IMG/VR virus record: IMGVR_UViG_3300025875_000621
Coordinates: 1-64,000 of that record
Origin: a virus
DNA length: 64,000 bases
Strand: one strand, 5' to 3'
The translations under genes were made by a program, and so were the position numbers. The first letter of the stretch is position 1. Every line of letters starts with the position of its first letter. Below are positions 38,225 to 47,343 of this stretch, piece by piece. The notes beneath the pieces are model-generated. The model was not told the DNA's origin, did no database searches, and was given only the letters and a program-made list of their open reading frames with translations.

Positions 38225-38553
38225 CCCCGCTGGTGCTCTGGGCGGGCGGCCTGGCGCTGCGCCGCTGGGGCCGGGACTGGGCGCGCTACGGCACCCCCGT
38301 CATCATCACCGGCTGGCTGTACCTCACCTGCCAGAACGCGGCCGCCCGCGGCGTCAGCTACTTCACGGACCTGCTGTACCTGGTGCTCACCGTGACCACC
38401 TTCCTGCTGGCCGCCAGGTGGTTCATGCGCACCAGTGCCCAGCTTCTCCGGGACACCCTCGCCTGCCCCTGCGGGGAGACCCTGACCAGCCCACAGGAAC
38501 TGGCGGACCACCGCCGCGTCATGCACCCCAACGACACAGAGGAGACCCCATGA
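38221..38553 (+). CDS. Membrane protein with C-terminal C2H2-like finger
   Basis: Two hydrophobic segments; CPCG...H...H. Confidence 0.6.
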   Translation: MTPLVLWAGGLALRRWGRDWARYGTPVIITGWLYLTCQNAAARGVSYFTDLLYLVLTVTTFLLAARWFMRTSAQLLRDTLACPCGETLTSPQELADHRRVMHPNDTEETP

Positions 38554-39110
38554 GCATCCCCCACCTGGTGTACCGGAACACCCGCCCAGAGCTGCTGGCC
38601 TGGCGTGAGGACGTCCAGGCCCGGCTCCGCGCCTGCGGTGACGCCCGGGACGCGTTCCTGGACCGCTTCTGCACGGAGCACGGCGGGCCCCCGCAGGGAG
38701 AGCGCGGCACCTTCTCCCGCGGCACGGAGTGCACCGGGGTGGCCTGGCCGCAGGACACCCCAGTGCCGAAGGGGTGGCGGCGGCCGGCTGATGACCCACG
38801 GCTCATCCGGCCCCACCTCAGCACCCGCATCGGCAAGGCCGCCCAGTTGGAGCTGGACCAGCTCCGCTGGCCGGACGTCCAGGAGGAGCTGTCCCGCCTC
38901 CACGGCATGCGCTCATGGGCCGCGCCGCCCATGACCGGCCGGTACTACACCCCCGGCGTCCGCCTGGAGGAGGACGCCGTGTGGGCCACCTGGGGCACCC
39001 AGGACGTGGCCGCGGACGTGGAGCCGGACGCCACCGGACACGGCTGGGAGCGGGTCTCCCTGGTGGAGTACCTGCAGCGGTTCGGGGAGGGAGACAGCAC
39101 CACCTCCTGA
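38550..39110 (+). CDS. Hypothetical protein
   Basis: GGAG RBS, ATGA coupling. Confidence 0.65.
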   Translation: MSIPHLVYRNTRPELLAWREDVQARLRACGDARDAFLDRFCTEHGGPPQGERGTFSRGTECTGVAWPQDTPVPKGWRRPADDPRLIRPHLSTRIGKAAQLELDQLRWPDVQEELSRLHGMRSWAAPPMTGRYYTPGVRLEEDAVWATWGTQDVAADVEPDATGHGWERVSLVEYLQRFGEGDSTTS

Positions 39111-39199
39111 CCCACCTGGCGGGCGCGCCACCGCGCCCGCCAGGCCCACCCACTGCACACTGCTGACGCACACCACCCCACCTGAGGAGACCCGCGCAC

Positions 39200-39544
39200 G
39201 TGATGAACACCCGCACCCGCCGCACCGCCACCGCCCTGGCCCTGGCCGGCGCCGTCATGGTCACCGGCGCTGGCTGCGCGAAACGGAACATCGACCCCGC
39301 CGCCACCGGCTCCGCCCGCGTGGAGGGCACCGGCGGAGAGCACGCCCTGCAGAAGTTCTGCGACGGGCCGACGCTCATCTACTGGACCCCCGGGTACTCC
39401 GGGGAGGAGGACGAGTACGAGGCGTTCATCTACGAGTCCCCCGCGTGCACGGATGACGGAGACCCGGCCACCATCCCCGCCGGGGTCGTGGGCGCCGGAC
39501 CGCAGCAGCCCCGTGACGCGGGCGTGCAGGACGACGACGAGTGA
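39200..39544 (+). CDS. Lipoprotein
   Basis: Signal peptide ending GAGC; KFCDGPTLIY. Confidence 0.65.
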   Translation: MMNTRTRRTATALALAGAVMVTGAGCAKRNIDPAATGSARVEGTGGEHALQKFCDGPTLIYWTPGYSGEEDEYEAFIYESPACTDDGDPATIPAGVVGAGPQQPRDAGVQDDDE

Positions 39545-39756
39545 AAGCCGTCATGCTGGCCGTGGTCAGCGTCCTGGGCTACGTGCTGGTGGCCGCCCTC
39601 AGCGCGGTCATGCTGTTCTGGCCCGTGATGATCCTGCTGGGCGCCGTCCACTCCCAGCCGGGTCTGGAGTGGGTCCCCGCACTGGGCTGGTGGCCCACCC
39701 TCCTGGTGGTCCTCCTGCTCCACTGCCTCATCCCCAGCAGGTCCAGCGACGACTGA
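39541..39756 (+). CDS. Small membrane protein
   Basis: Hydrophobic; MILLGAVH...PALGWW. Confidence 0.65.
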   Translation: MKAVMLAVVSVLGYVLVAALSAVMLFWPVMILLGAVHSQPGLEWVPALGWWPTLLVVLLLHCLIPSRSSDD

Positions 39757-39770
39757 CCCAGCACACACAG

Positions 39771-39803
39771 GAGGGCCCCCACCGCGCTGCGGTGGGGGCC
39801 CTC
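39771..39803. terminator. Hairpin between convergent operons
   Basis: GAGGGCCCCCACCGC-gct-GCGGTGGGGGCCCTC. Confidence 0.8.
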
Positions 39804-39863
39804 TGCCGTATCCGCGGGAGCGACCCGCAGCCTCTCATCAAACGGCCGTGACTGGACGGCACG

Positions 39864-40055
39864 CTACTCCGTGGCCAGCGCGTTCACCGCATGCTGCACC
39901 AGCACTGACGCGCGCCCCTGAGCCCGCGCGTACCAGGCCATGAGCCCGGCCGCGTCCACGGGCTCCGTGACCGTCCGGGACACCGCGCCCAGCTCCTTCC
40001 CGTTCCCGTCCAGCACGCGGGCCATGACCGTCACCTCTACGCGCGCCGCCCTCAC
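39864..40055 (-). CDS. Hypothetical protein
   Basis: GTGA coupling on minus strand. Confidence 0.5.
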   Translation of the reverse strand: MRAARVEVTVMARVLDGNGKELGAVSRTVTEPVDAAGLMAWYARAQGRASVLVQHAVNALATE

Positions 40056-40372
40056 GGCTGCTCCTCCCGCGCGCTGCCCCGCTGCGCCTGCGGCGGCCGC
40101 ATCTTCCACTGGCCGGGCGCGCGCCTCCCCAGCTCCTGGAACAGAGCCGCCACCGCGTCATCCCGGGTAGCGGTCTCCGGGAGAGCGCGGACCAGCTCCC
40201 AGGCCACGCCGACGCCACGCGCCACGCCGGCGGTCTCCGCACCCTCCAGGCTGGTGTACACCCGCCCCACCAGCTCCTGCTCCAGCGGCCGCGGTAGCCG
40301 CGCACCATGCGGCATGCGCACCGTCTGCAGCGCCCGCGCCCGCCGCCGGTCATCCTCCTGCGGGGAGGTCAC
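40052..40372 (-). CDS. Hypothetical protein
   Basis: GGAGGAG RBS, coupled. Confidence 0.55.
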   Translation of the reverse strand: MTSPQEDDRRRARALQTVRMPHGARLPRPLEQELVGRVYTSLEGAETAGVARGVGVAWELVRALPETATRDDAVAALFQELGRRAPGQWKMRPPQAQRGSAREEQP

Positions 40373-40719
40373 GGCTGCTCCTCCCGCGCGTTCTCCCGGT
40401 GCTCACCGTCCGCGGTGCTCACCGTCTCCGCCTGGCCCTGCCCGCGCTGCTTCCTGTTCCGCGGCCGCCCCGGCACGCGCACCTCCGGCGGGCTCACGCC
40501 CACGCGGTCCAGCTCCTGCTCCGTCCACCCAGCCCGGGTGCACGCCGCGTACGCCTCAGCGTCCTCCTTCTGCCGCTCCGTCACCACGGCCTTCGCCTCA
40601 CGCAGCGCCGTCCTGGTGCGGGCCATGGCCTGCACCGTGCTCATCCGGCCGGCCAGCTGCTCCTCCAGGAGCTGCCTGGCCCGGTCCTCGTACTGCTCTG
40701 GGGTGGGTGGGGTCGCCAT
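40369..40719 (-). CDS. Hypothetical helical protein adjacent to oriT
   Basis: AYAACTRAGWTEQELDRVG; TACGCT-6nt-ATG leaderless-type start. Confidence 0.65.
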   Translation of the reverse strand: MATPPTPEQYEDRARQLLEEQLAGRMSTVQAMARTRTALREAKAVVTERQKEDAEAYAACTRAGWTEQELDRVGVSPPEVRVPGRPRNRKQRGQGQAETVSTADGEHRENAREEQP

Positions 40720-40807
40720 GCACGCAGCGTAGCGCTCCCTCCCCTCACTGCCACCCCACTCCGTCTGTCCACAGCTGGGGGGAAACCCTGTGGGTGAGTG
40801 GGTGTGA

Positions 40808-40881
40808 GCAAGCTAGAGGGATAGGGCCCCTAACGGCGCCCCATCCCTGGACGCCAGGGTGACGCTGTGCGACCCTGGCGT
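40808..40881 (-). other. oriT: Candidate MOBP-type origin of transfer (nic about 40809/40808)
   Basis: Minus strand: 11-bp imperfect IR (40817..40848) then CTAGCTTG^C, the same 8-nt spacing as RP4 CTATCCTG^C; second 10-bp perfect IR 40851..40881; upstream of the mobC/relaxase operon. Confidence 0.6.
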
Positions 40882-40945
40882 ACACCGGTGGTTCCCCTGG
40901 CGGGGATCGCTGCGCTGGGCTGACACACGACAGACGGAGGAGCCA

Positions 40946-41443
40946 GTGCCACAGGACAGGCCGCTGACGGCGGCGGACATGATGGAGCGGCTGCCGTTCA
41001 GCGTGCGGGGCACGCCGGGCTGGATGGACCGGGAGACGGCGGACGGGCGGACCATCGCGGCCGGCGCGATCAGCGCCGTGGAGTGGGTCCCGCTCCTGGC
41101 GCTGTACACGCGGGCCCGGGAGGGCGGTCACGCGGGTCAGAAGATGGTGGGCTGGGTGAACGTGTACCGGTCTGGGCTGGACCCGCTGGAGCTGCTGGTG
41201 TCCGGGTCGTGCGACAACATCGCGCCGGGCCGATACCCGTGCGGGCTGGACCTGGCGGAGGTGGAGGGCACGCTGGACGGCATCGACGTGGCGGCCTGGG
41301 TCCGGGGTGAGCAGACGGAGGAGGAGGTGGGCCCGGTGCGGCAGCGGATCACGTCCGCGCGGGTGATCGGCGTGACCGTGTACCTGCCCGCGTCGGGCAT
41401 GACCGGGGCGTTCCCGGACGCGTACGTGGAGGTGCTGAGGTGA
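40946..41443 (+). CDS. Diverged paralog of the prohead-protease domain
   Basis: TADGRTIAAGAI / VPLL..GGHAG..VG / GLDLAEVEG / GAFPDAYV align with the protease at 13004. Confidence 0.55.
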   Translation: MPQDRPLTAADMMERLPFSVRGTPGWMDRETADGRTIAAGAISAVEWVPLLALYTRAREGGHAGQKMVGWVNVYRSGLDPLELLVSGSCDNIAPGRYPCGLDLAEVEGTLDGIDVAAWVRGEQTEEEVGPVRQRITSARVIGVTVYLPASGMTGAFPDAYVEVLR

Positions 41444-42246
41444 CGGAGCTGGACGCCACGCGGCTGTGGCTCTCTGAGAACGGGGACCGGACGGCGCGGG
41501 ACCGTGAGGTGCTGCGGACGGTGGTGGGTTCCGGGGTGCACGGGATCGCGCTGGAGGGGCAGGACGACCACGACGAGATGGGTGTGTTCGTGGAGTCCCC
41601 GCAGCAGGTGCTGGGCATCCGGGAGGACGCGCAGCACTACGTGGCGCGGACGGTCCCGGAGGGGCACCGGTCCCGGCATGGGGACACGGACCTGACGCTG
41701 TACTCCCTGCGGAAGTACCTGGCGCTGGTGGCCACGGGGAACCCCACGGCGCTGCTGCCTCTGTTCACGCCGCGGGAGCAGGTGCTGCTGTCCACGCCGC
41801 TGGGTGAGCAGCTGCGCCTGTTCGGTCCCAGCCTGTTGTCTCAGCAGGCTGGCCGGCGGTTCCTGGGGTACATGACGGCGCAGCGTCAGCGGATCACGGG
41901 GGAGGACACGCGGCACACCCCGAACCGGCCGGAGCTGGTGGCCGCGCACGGCTTTGACACGAAGTACGCCAGCCACGCGCTGCGGCTGTGCATCCAGGGC
42001 CTGGAGGTGATGCAGACGGGGCGGCTGACGCTGCCGCTGCCGGACGGGCACAGGGAGCTGGTGCTGGAGGTGAAGCGCGGGGAGGTGCCGCTGGAGCAGG
42101 TGCTGGACCTGATCGACGTGCGCGCGGTGTTCCTGCAGTCCCTGCTGGACAGCGGGCGGTCTCCTCTGCCGGAGCGGCCGGACCTGGACGCGGTGAACAC
42201 GTGGTCCACGGCCGCGCACCTGGGCTACTGGACGGCGGAGTCCTGA
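41440..42246 (+). CDS. Pol-beta superfamily nucleotidyltransferase (RlaP/YcgL-like)
   Basis: VVGSGVHG...DDHDEMGVF; YSLRKY...GNP; DTKYASHALRL. Confidence 0.85.
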   Translation: MTELDATRLWLSENGDRTARDREVLRTVVGSGVHGIALEGQDDHDEMGVFVESPQQVLGIREDAQHYVARTVPEGHRSRHGDTDLTLYSLRKYLALVATGNPTALLPLFTPREQVLLSTPLGEQLRLFGPSLLSQQAGRRFLGYMTAQRQRITGEDTRHTPNRPELVAAHGFDTKYASHALRLCIQGLEVMQTGRLTLPLPDGHRELVLEVKRGEVPLEQVLDLIDVRAVFLQSLLDSGRSPLPERPDLDAVNTWSTAAHLGYWTAES

Positions 42247-42394
42247 TGGACGTGCTGCTGGTGGTCCTGGCGGTGGTGGTCCTGGTCCTGTCCATGGCGT
42301 GCGGCTATCTGGGGCGCATGTTGCAGGTGGCTCTGCGGGAGCAGCGTGCGGACGCCGCGCGCATCCTGCAGGAGTGCGGAGGAGGACCGCTCCG

Positions 42395-42703
42395 GTGAGT
42401 GCGCCGTGGCCGGGCCGGGAGCATCTGCGGGACTGCCCGGCTGACACCGGGTGGGACGCCGTGGACTGTGACTGCGGTGGCCGGTCACGGCAGCGGGTGG
42501 GGGCGGTGCGCGCCCTGTCCGGTGCGGAGTGGATGCGGCGCATGCCGGAGGTGGAGGCCGCCTGGTGGCGGGACGTGCGGCGGCGGTTCATCGCGGAGTA
42601 CCGGGCGCAGGGTCTGCGGCAGGTGCGGCCGCCGGAGGAGACCACGGAGTACGACGAGGAGGGTCGGATGGTGCGGCTGATCGTGGAGGGGTGGGCGGCG
42701 TGA
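42395..42703 (+). CDS. Hypothetical protein
   Basis: GGAGGA RBS; coupled. Confidence 0.5.
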   Translation: MSAPWPGREHLRDCPADTGWDAVDCDCGGRSRQRVGAVRALSGAEWMRRMPEVEAAWWRDVRRRFIAEYRAQGLRQVRPPEETTEYDEEGRMVRLIVEGWAA

Positions 42704-42812
42704 GGCGGCGTCACTGTGGGGCGTTCCACGTGGAGAGCGGCAGGTGGTGCGGCCGGTGGCGGTGGCACTTCGGGCGGCACCGGCTGGGGCGACGGTACGG
42801 GGAGGTGGGGAG

Positions 42813-43220
42813 GTGAGGGAGCCGGGGCGGGAGCTGTCCCGGGAGCGCCGCGCGAACGTGCCGGGTGGCCGTCCTGGGCGGCACAAGGTGACCACTTCCC
42901 CGGAGGAGGAGGCGCAGCTGCTGCTGCTGGCTGGGGAGCTGCGGGTGACGGTGCCGCGGCTGCTGGTGGAGTCCACGCTGTCCCGGGACGGGGTGCTGCC
43001 GGCGGAGCGTAAGCAGCTGATGGTGGACCTGTTCGCGGTGCGCCGTCAGCTGTCTGGAGTGGCCACGAACCTGAACCAGCTGGCGCGGCGGGCGAACGTG
43101 GGGGAGCTGCCGGTGGTGGAGGTGCGGGAGGAGTTGCGTCACCTGCGGGAGGTGGCCGGTCCGGGTGGCCGGATTGACCAGGCGCTGGAGGCGCTGGCGG
43201 CTGCGGGGGTGGGCGGGTGA
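42813..43220 (+). CDS. mobC: Relaxosome accessory protein MobC
   Basis: RRANVPGGR...EEEAQL...TVPRLLVE; LSGVATNLNQLARRAN. Confidence 0.85.
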   Translation: MREPGRELSRERRANVPGGRPGRHKVTTSPEEEAQLLLLAGELRVTVPRLLVESTLSRDGVLPAERKQLMVDLFAVRRQLSGVATNLNQLARRANVGELPVVEVREELRHLREVAGPGGRIDQALEALAAAGVGG

Positions 43221-43453
43221 CCACGCCGGAGCGTCAGGAGCTGCCGGTGGCTCTGACGACGGACGCGGGGGCGGTCATGGCGGCCACGCTGGACCTGCTG
43301 CGCGCCGGTGGCGTGGGGGTGGCCACGGCGCGGGAGCGGGCGTGGCTGGAGCTGTGCGGGGCGGCCACCCAGCTGGGGACGGCACTGGCCCGCTGGGACA
43401 TGGCCATGGAGGCGTACAAGGACGCGCGGCGCGCTGAGGAGGCGGGGAGCTGA
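43217..43453 (+). CDS. Hypothetical protein
   Basis: Coupled. Confidence 0.55.
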   Translation: MTTPERQELPVALTTDAGAVMAATLDLLRAGGVGVATARERAWLELCGAATQLGTALARWDMAMEAYKDARRAEEAGS

Positions 43454-43647
43454 TGGGGACCGTGGAGGCGGAGCCGCCGTACGGGCCGGGCGCGCTGTGT
43501 GAGGAGTGCGGGCACTTCGCTGCCCGGCACGGCGCCGGTGGGTGCACCGGCGTGACCGCGAGCTGCGGGTGTGCAGGGATGCGCTGGCTGGGTGTGCTGT
43601 GGCCGCGGCCGTGGCTGCCCGCGCCGGACGGGCTGGTGGCGCAGTGA
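43453..43647 (+). CDS. Small Cys-rich protein
   Basis: CEECGH..RH...C...CGC. Confidence 0.55.
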   Translation: MGTVEAEPPYGPGALCEECGHFAARHGAGGCTGVTASCGCAGMRWLGVLWPRPWLPAPDGLVAQ

Positions 43648-44195
43648 GCGGGGAGCCGGACCCGCAGTACCAGGTGCAGCTGCGCCGGCCTGGGGAGCAG
43701 GCGTGGCAGGCGGCCACGACGTGGCAGCGGTGCGGGCGGAGCAACGCGCGGCAGCAGGCGCAGGTGTTCGCGGACGGCTACCCGGTGGGCGGTGCGGTGC
43801 GCGTGATGATGCGGGACGCGGTGGACGCCACCCCGGTGGAGGTGTTCCTGGAGGTGAAGGAGCCGGTGCGGAAGTGTCCGGCGTTGGACTGCGTGTGGGA
43901 CACCCGCGGGACGGGTCACGGCGCCGGGATGCCGGTGTGCTGGCCGGACACCGGGAAGCTGGAGGGGTGCCTGCTGGGGAAGCGGCAGGAGGAGGCGGAG
44001 ACCCCGGAGACGGACGACGCGGCGGCGGTGAAGCGGGTGCGCGCGTACTGCCAGGAGGTCAGCGCGCAGAGCATGGCGGCGGTACCCGCGGAGAGCCCGG
44101 AGGAGGGCAACCCGGAGGAGGCGGCCGCGGAGGCGCGGGCGGTGCGGTACTTCATGGCGCAGCGGGTGCTGAGGCTGCTGCGGGGGCCGGTGTGA
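43644..44195 (+). CDS. Hypothetical protein
   Basis: GTGA coupling. Confidence 0.55.
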   Translation: MSGEPDPQYQVQLRRPGEQAWQAATTWQRCGRSNARQQAQVFADGYPVGGAVRVMMRDAVDATPVEVFLEVKEPVRKCPALDCVWDTRGTGHGAGMPVCWPDTGKLEGCLLGKRQEEAETPETDDAAAVKRVRAYCQEVSAQSMAAVPAESPEEGNPEEAAAEARAVRYFMAQRVLRLLRGPV

Positions 44196-44398
44196 CGGCG
44201 GCGCAGCGGCGGGAGCTGGTGGTGGCCCACGCGCTGTCCCTGGGGCTGTGCGGGGAGCGGTTCGGGCACCACGGGGTGTGCGACATGCCGCCCGGTCACC
44301 CGCCCATCGCGGAGGTCATGGGCTGGCTGCACGGTGAGGACGTGGGCGGTCCGCTGGACGCGTACCGGAGGCAGCTACTGGAGGAGGAGCGGACATGA
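44192..44398 (+). CDS. Small hypothetical protein
   Basis: CGE...CDMPPGH...H. Confidence 0.5.
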   Translation: MTAAQRRELVVAHALSLGLCGERFGHHGVCDMPPGHPPIAEVMGWLHGEDVGGPLDAYRRQLLEEERT

Positions 44399-44760
44399 GC
44401 GTGAGCCCAGAGGCGCGGGACTGGCTGGGTCGCCGTGTGCAGGTGCACCCGGCGTACGACACGGAGATGAAGCACCGGCCCATGGCGGAGGGCGTGGTGG
44501 TGGGGTTCTCCCCCGCTCCCAGCATCCTGGTGCGCGCGGAGGACGGGACGCAGACGGACTGGCAGGTGACGCTGCCCATCCGTGTGGTGGAGCAGTTTGC
44601 CGCCGCGCCGGCGTACGTGTCCCAGGAGGAGCGGGACCGGGACCTGATCGCGCGGCACCTGCGCGCGGCGGCGTCCGCGACCAACATCACGGACTGGCCG
44701 GCGTACTTGCAGCGCGTGGCTGACGGGCACCGCACCGGCACCTCCTGGTACCGCCCGTGA
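44395..44760 (+). CDS. Hypothetical protein (SH3-like N-terminus)
   Basis: WLGRRVQV...EGVVVG...ILVRAEDG. Confidence 0.6.
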   Translation: MSVSPEARDWLGRRVQVHPAYDTEMKHRPMAEGVVVGFSPAPSILVRAEDGTQTDWQVTLPIRVVEQFAAAPAYVSQEERDRDLIARHLRAAASATNITDWPAYLQRVADGHRTGTSWYRP

Positions 44761-44884
44761 GGGCGTGGTGGCACCGGCGGCTGGGCCACACCGTGACGGT
44801 GCGGCGCGTGTCCGTGCCGATGTGGGACCCGTCCGCCCGGGGGGAGCTGATCGACTGCTCCTGCGGGAAGCGGTGGGCACGGTG

Positions 44885-46465
44885 ATGCCGAACATCACCC
44901 GGGGCACCCGGCCGGGTGGGCTCATGGCGTACCTGGTGGGGCCAGGCCGGTCTAACGAGCACACGGAGCCGCACCTGGTGGCGGGGTCCTCCAGCATCAT
45001 GGCCTGGTTCGATGAGGAGGAGCTGTCCCACGACGCGGCGCTGAGCATCGCGCGTGAGCTGGACGCCCCGCACCGGTTGTACGGGGTGGACGTCCCCGGC
45101 GGGCACATCTGGCACTGCTCCCTGTCCCTCCGCGCGGAGGAGGGGCAGCTGACGGATGAGCGGTGGGCAGAGATCGCCACGGACTTCATGGAGCGCATGG
45201 GCTTCTCCGGTGGCGGGGATGAGACGGAGCCCGGCGGGAAGGCCCCGGTGCGCTGGGTGGCGGTCCGGCACGGCCTGTCCAAGGCGGGGAACGATCACGT
45301 CCACCTGGTGGTGGACCTGGTGCGTGAGGACGGCACCCGGGCGGACGTGTGGCGTGACCAGGTGCGCGCGCAGAAGGTGTCCGGGGAGTTGGAGAAGAAG
45401 TACGGGCTGGAGGTGCTGGAGTCCCGCAGTCGTGGCCGTGGGGAGCGCGGGGTGAAGCCGTCGGAGCTGGCGCGGGCGCGGACCGCGGGTGCCCCGGAGA
45501 CGGAGCGGGAGACGCTGGCGCGGACGGTGCGCGCCGCGGCCGCCGCCGCGGGGGATGAAGCGGAGTTCGTGCGCCGGCTGAGGGCGGAGCGGGTGCTGGT
45601 GCGGCCGCGGTACGCCACGGGCACGGACCAGGTGGTGGCCGGGTACTCCGTGGCCGTCCGTCCGTCCGGGACCGGGCAGCGGCCGGTGTGGTACGGCGGC
45701 GGGCACCTGGCCAAGGACCTGACGCTGCCGCGGCTGCGGGAGGACTGGGCGGACAGCCCGGAGGCTGCGCAGGGCGCGGTGGCGGAGTGGCAGGCAGCGC
45801 GCACGCAGCGGCGGCCGGCGGCGCCGGGCCGGGAGACGCGGGTGCCTACCGCGGACGTGTGGGAGCAGGTGAACGCGGAGCTGGAGCAGGTGCAGGAGCG
45901 GCTGGGCCGCGTGCCCGTGGATGACGTGGCGGAGTGGGCGCGGGTGGCCCGTGAGACGTCCGGCGCGTTCGCCGCCTGGTCCCGGCGGGTGGAGACCACC
46001 CCAGGGCCGCTGGCGGCCACCGCGGACGCCCTGGCCCGGTCCGCGCACGTGCCTGCGTGGCAAACGCGTGGCCGGCGCCCGTCCGGGCCGTCCGCGCGGG
46101 GTGCTGCGCTGCTGCTGGCGTCCGCGGCGCACGGCGGGCGGGGCCCGGTGGCGGAGGCGGTGCTGCTGCGTCAGCTGACCAACATGGCGCGGGCGCTGCA
46201 TGACGCGCATCTGGCGGTGGGGGATGCGCAGCGGGCCGCGCAGATCGCGTCCGCGGTGCGGCAGGACCTGGAGCGGGTGCGGCAGGTGCTGCCTGCCCCG
46301 GAGACGGCGCTGGCCCCAGCTGGGACGGTGCAGGAGGTGGCCCGGCCAGCGCCGCGGCCGCCCGCTCCCCCGGTGCGCCGGGTGGGGGACGTGCTGCCCG
46401 CGGACCTGGAGAGGGCCCGGCGGGTGCAGGACACCACCGCAGAGCGCGGTGGCGCGGAGCGATGA
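44885..46465 (+). CDS. MOBP-family relaxase (MobA/VirD2-like)
   Basis: Motif I GLMAYLVGPG, motif II HIWHCSLSL, motif III WVAVRHG...NDHVHLV. Confidence 0.92.
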   Translation: MPNITRGTRPGGLMAYLVGPGRSNEHTEPHLVAGSSSIMAWFDEEELSHDAALSIARELDAPHRLYGVDVPGGHIWHCSLSLRAEEGQLTDERWAEIATDFMERMGFSGGGDETEPGGKAPVRWVAVRHGLSKAGNDHVHLVVDLVREDGTRADVWRDQVRAQKVSGELEKKYGLEVLESRSRGRGERGVKPSELARARTAGAPETERETLARTVRAAAAAAGDEAEFVRRLRAERVLVRPRYATGTDQVVAGYSVAVRPSGTGQRPVWYGGGHLAKDLTLPRLREDWADSPEAAQGAVAEWQAARTQRRPAAPGRETRVPTADVWEQVNAELEQVQERLGRVPVDDVAEWARVARETSGAFAAWSRRVETTPGPLAATADALARSAHVPAWQTRGRRPSGPSARGAALLLASAAHGGRGPVAEAVLLRQLTNMARALHDAHLAVGDAQRAAQIASAVRQDLERVRQVLPAPETALAPAGTVQEVARPAPRPPAPPVRRVGDVLPADLERARRVQDTTAERGGAER

Positions 46466-46474
46466 GGAGGCACC

Positions 46475-47311
46475 GTGGCTGAGGACGATGGAGTGGACGA
46501 GGAGCTGCAGGCCGCCATGCGGCTGGGGGCCACCGCGGTGGCGGCCCTGCGGGAGCGGCGCGCCCGGGAGGTGCAGGCCGCCGCCCGTCAGGCGGAGGAG
46601 GAGTCCCGGCGGGCGGCCGGGCAGGACGGCACGCGCGGTGAGGCCACCAGGCAGGTGAAGGAGGCGGTGCGGCCGCAGGACCGGGAGCGGGGGGACCTGG
46701 GGGTGCTGCCGGAGGACCTGGCGCGGCAGCGGCAGGAGCGGGCGGCCGCGGAGGCGGTGGTGGCGGCGGACCTGGCGCGGAAGCAGCTGGAGCAGCGGTA
46801 CGGGGCGGAGTGGGCGGGCCGGGAGGACCTGCCGGAGGTGGTGACCGTGGAGACCAGCCACGAGTTCTTCACGGCCGTGTCCGTGGCGGAGCTGGTGCAG
46901 GAGGAGCGGGACCTGCCGCTGGTGATGCCGGCGCGGGAGGTGCTGCACCCGGAGATGAAGCCGCTGCTGGACCTGCAGCGGGAGGCGGACGTGGCCGCTG
47001 GGCGGCCGCCGGTGCCGCTGGAGTGGTTGTCCCCGAAGGACGTGGAGGGGAACCCGGCGCTGGCGGACCAGTGGCTGCAGCAGCAGGTGGACTCCGGGGT
47101 GTTGTCCCCGCGCGTTCAGGAGCGGGCGCAGCGGTCCCTGGACGCCAGGCGGGCGGGCCTGAGCCCGGAGGCGGTGACCGCGGTGCAGCTGACGGAGGCC
47201 GCGCAGCGGACGCCGGGGTCTGCTGCCGTGGCGAAGTCGCCGGCCAGCGCGCCGCGGGCCCGGAAGTTCCTGGGCCGCGGGGGCGGGAAGGAGCAGGAGC
47301 GCAGCCGGTAG
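46475..47311 (+). CDS. Hypothetical protein downstream of relaxase
   Basis: GAGGAGG RBS; helical, ends QERSR. Confidence 0.7.
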   Translation: MAEDDGVDEELQAAMRLGATAVAALRERRAREVQAAARQAEEESRRAAGQDGTRGEATRQVKEAVRPQDRERGDLGVLPEDLARQRQERAAAEAVVAADLARKQLEQRYGAEWAGREDLPEVVTVETSHEFFTAVSVAELVQEERDLPLVMPAREVLHPEMKPLLDLQREADVAAGRPPVPLEWLSPKDVEGNPALADQWLQQQVDSGVLSPRVQERAQRSLDARRAGLSPEAVTAVQLTEAAQRTPGSAAVAKSPASAPRARKFLGRGGGKEQERSR

Positions 47312-47343
47312 CGTGCACGGGGCCACCGTGACCCCGTGACGCA

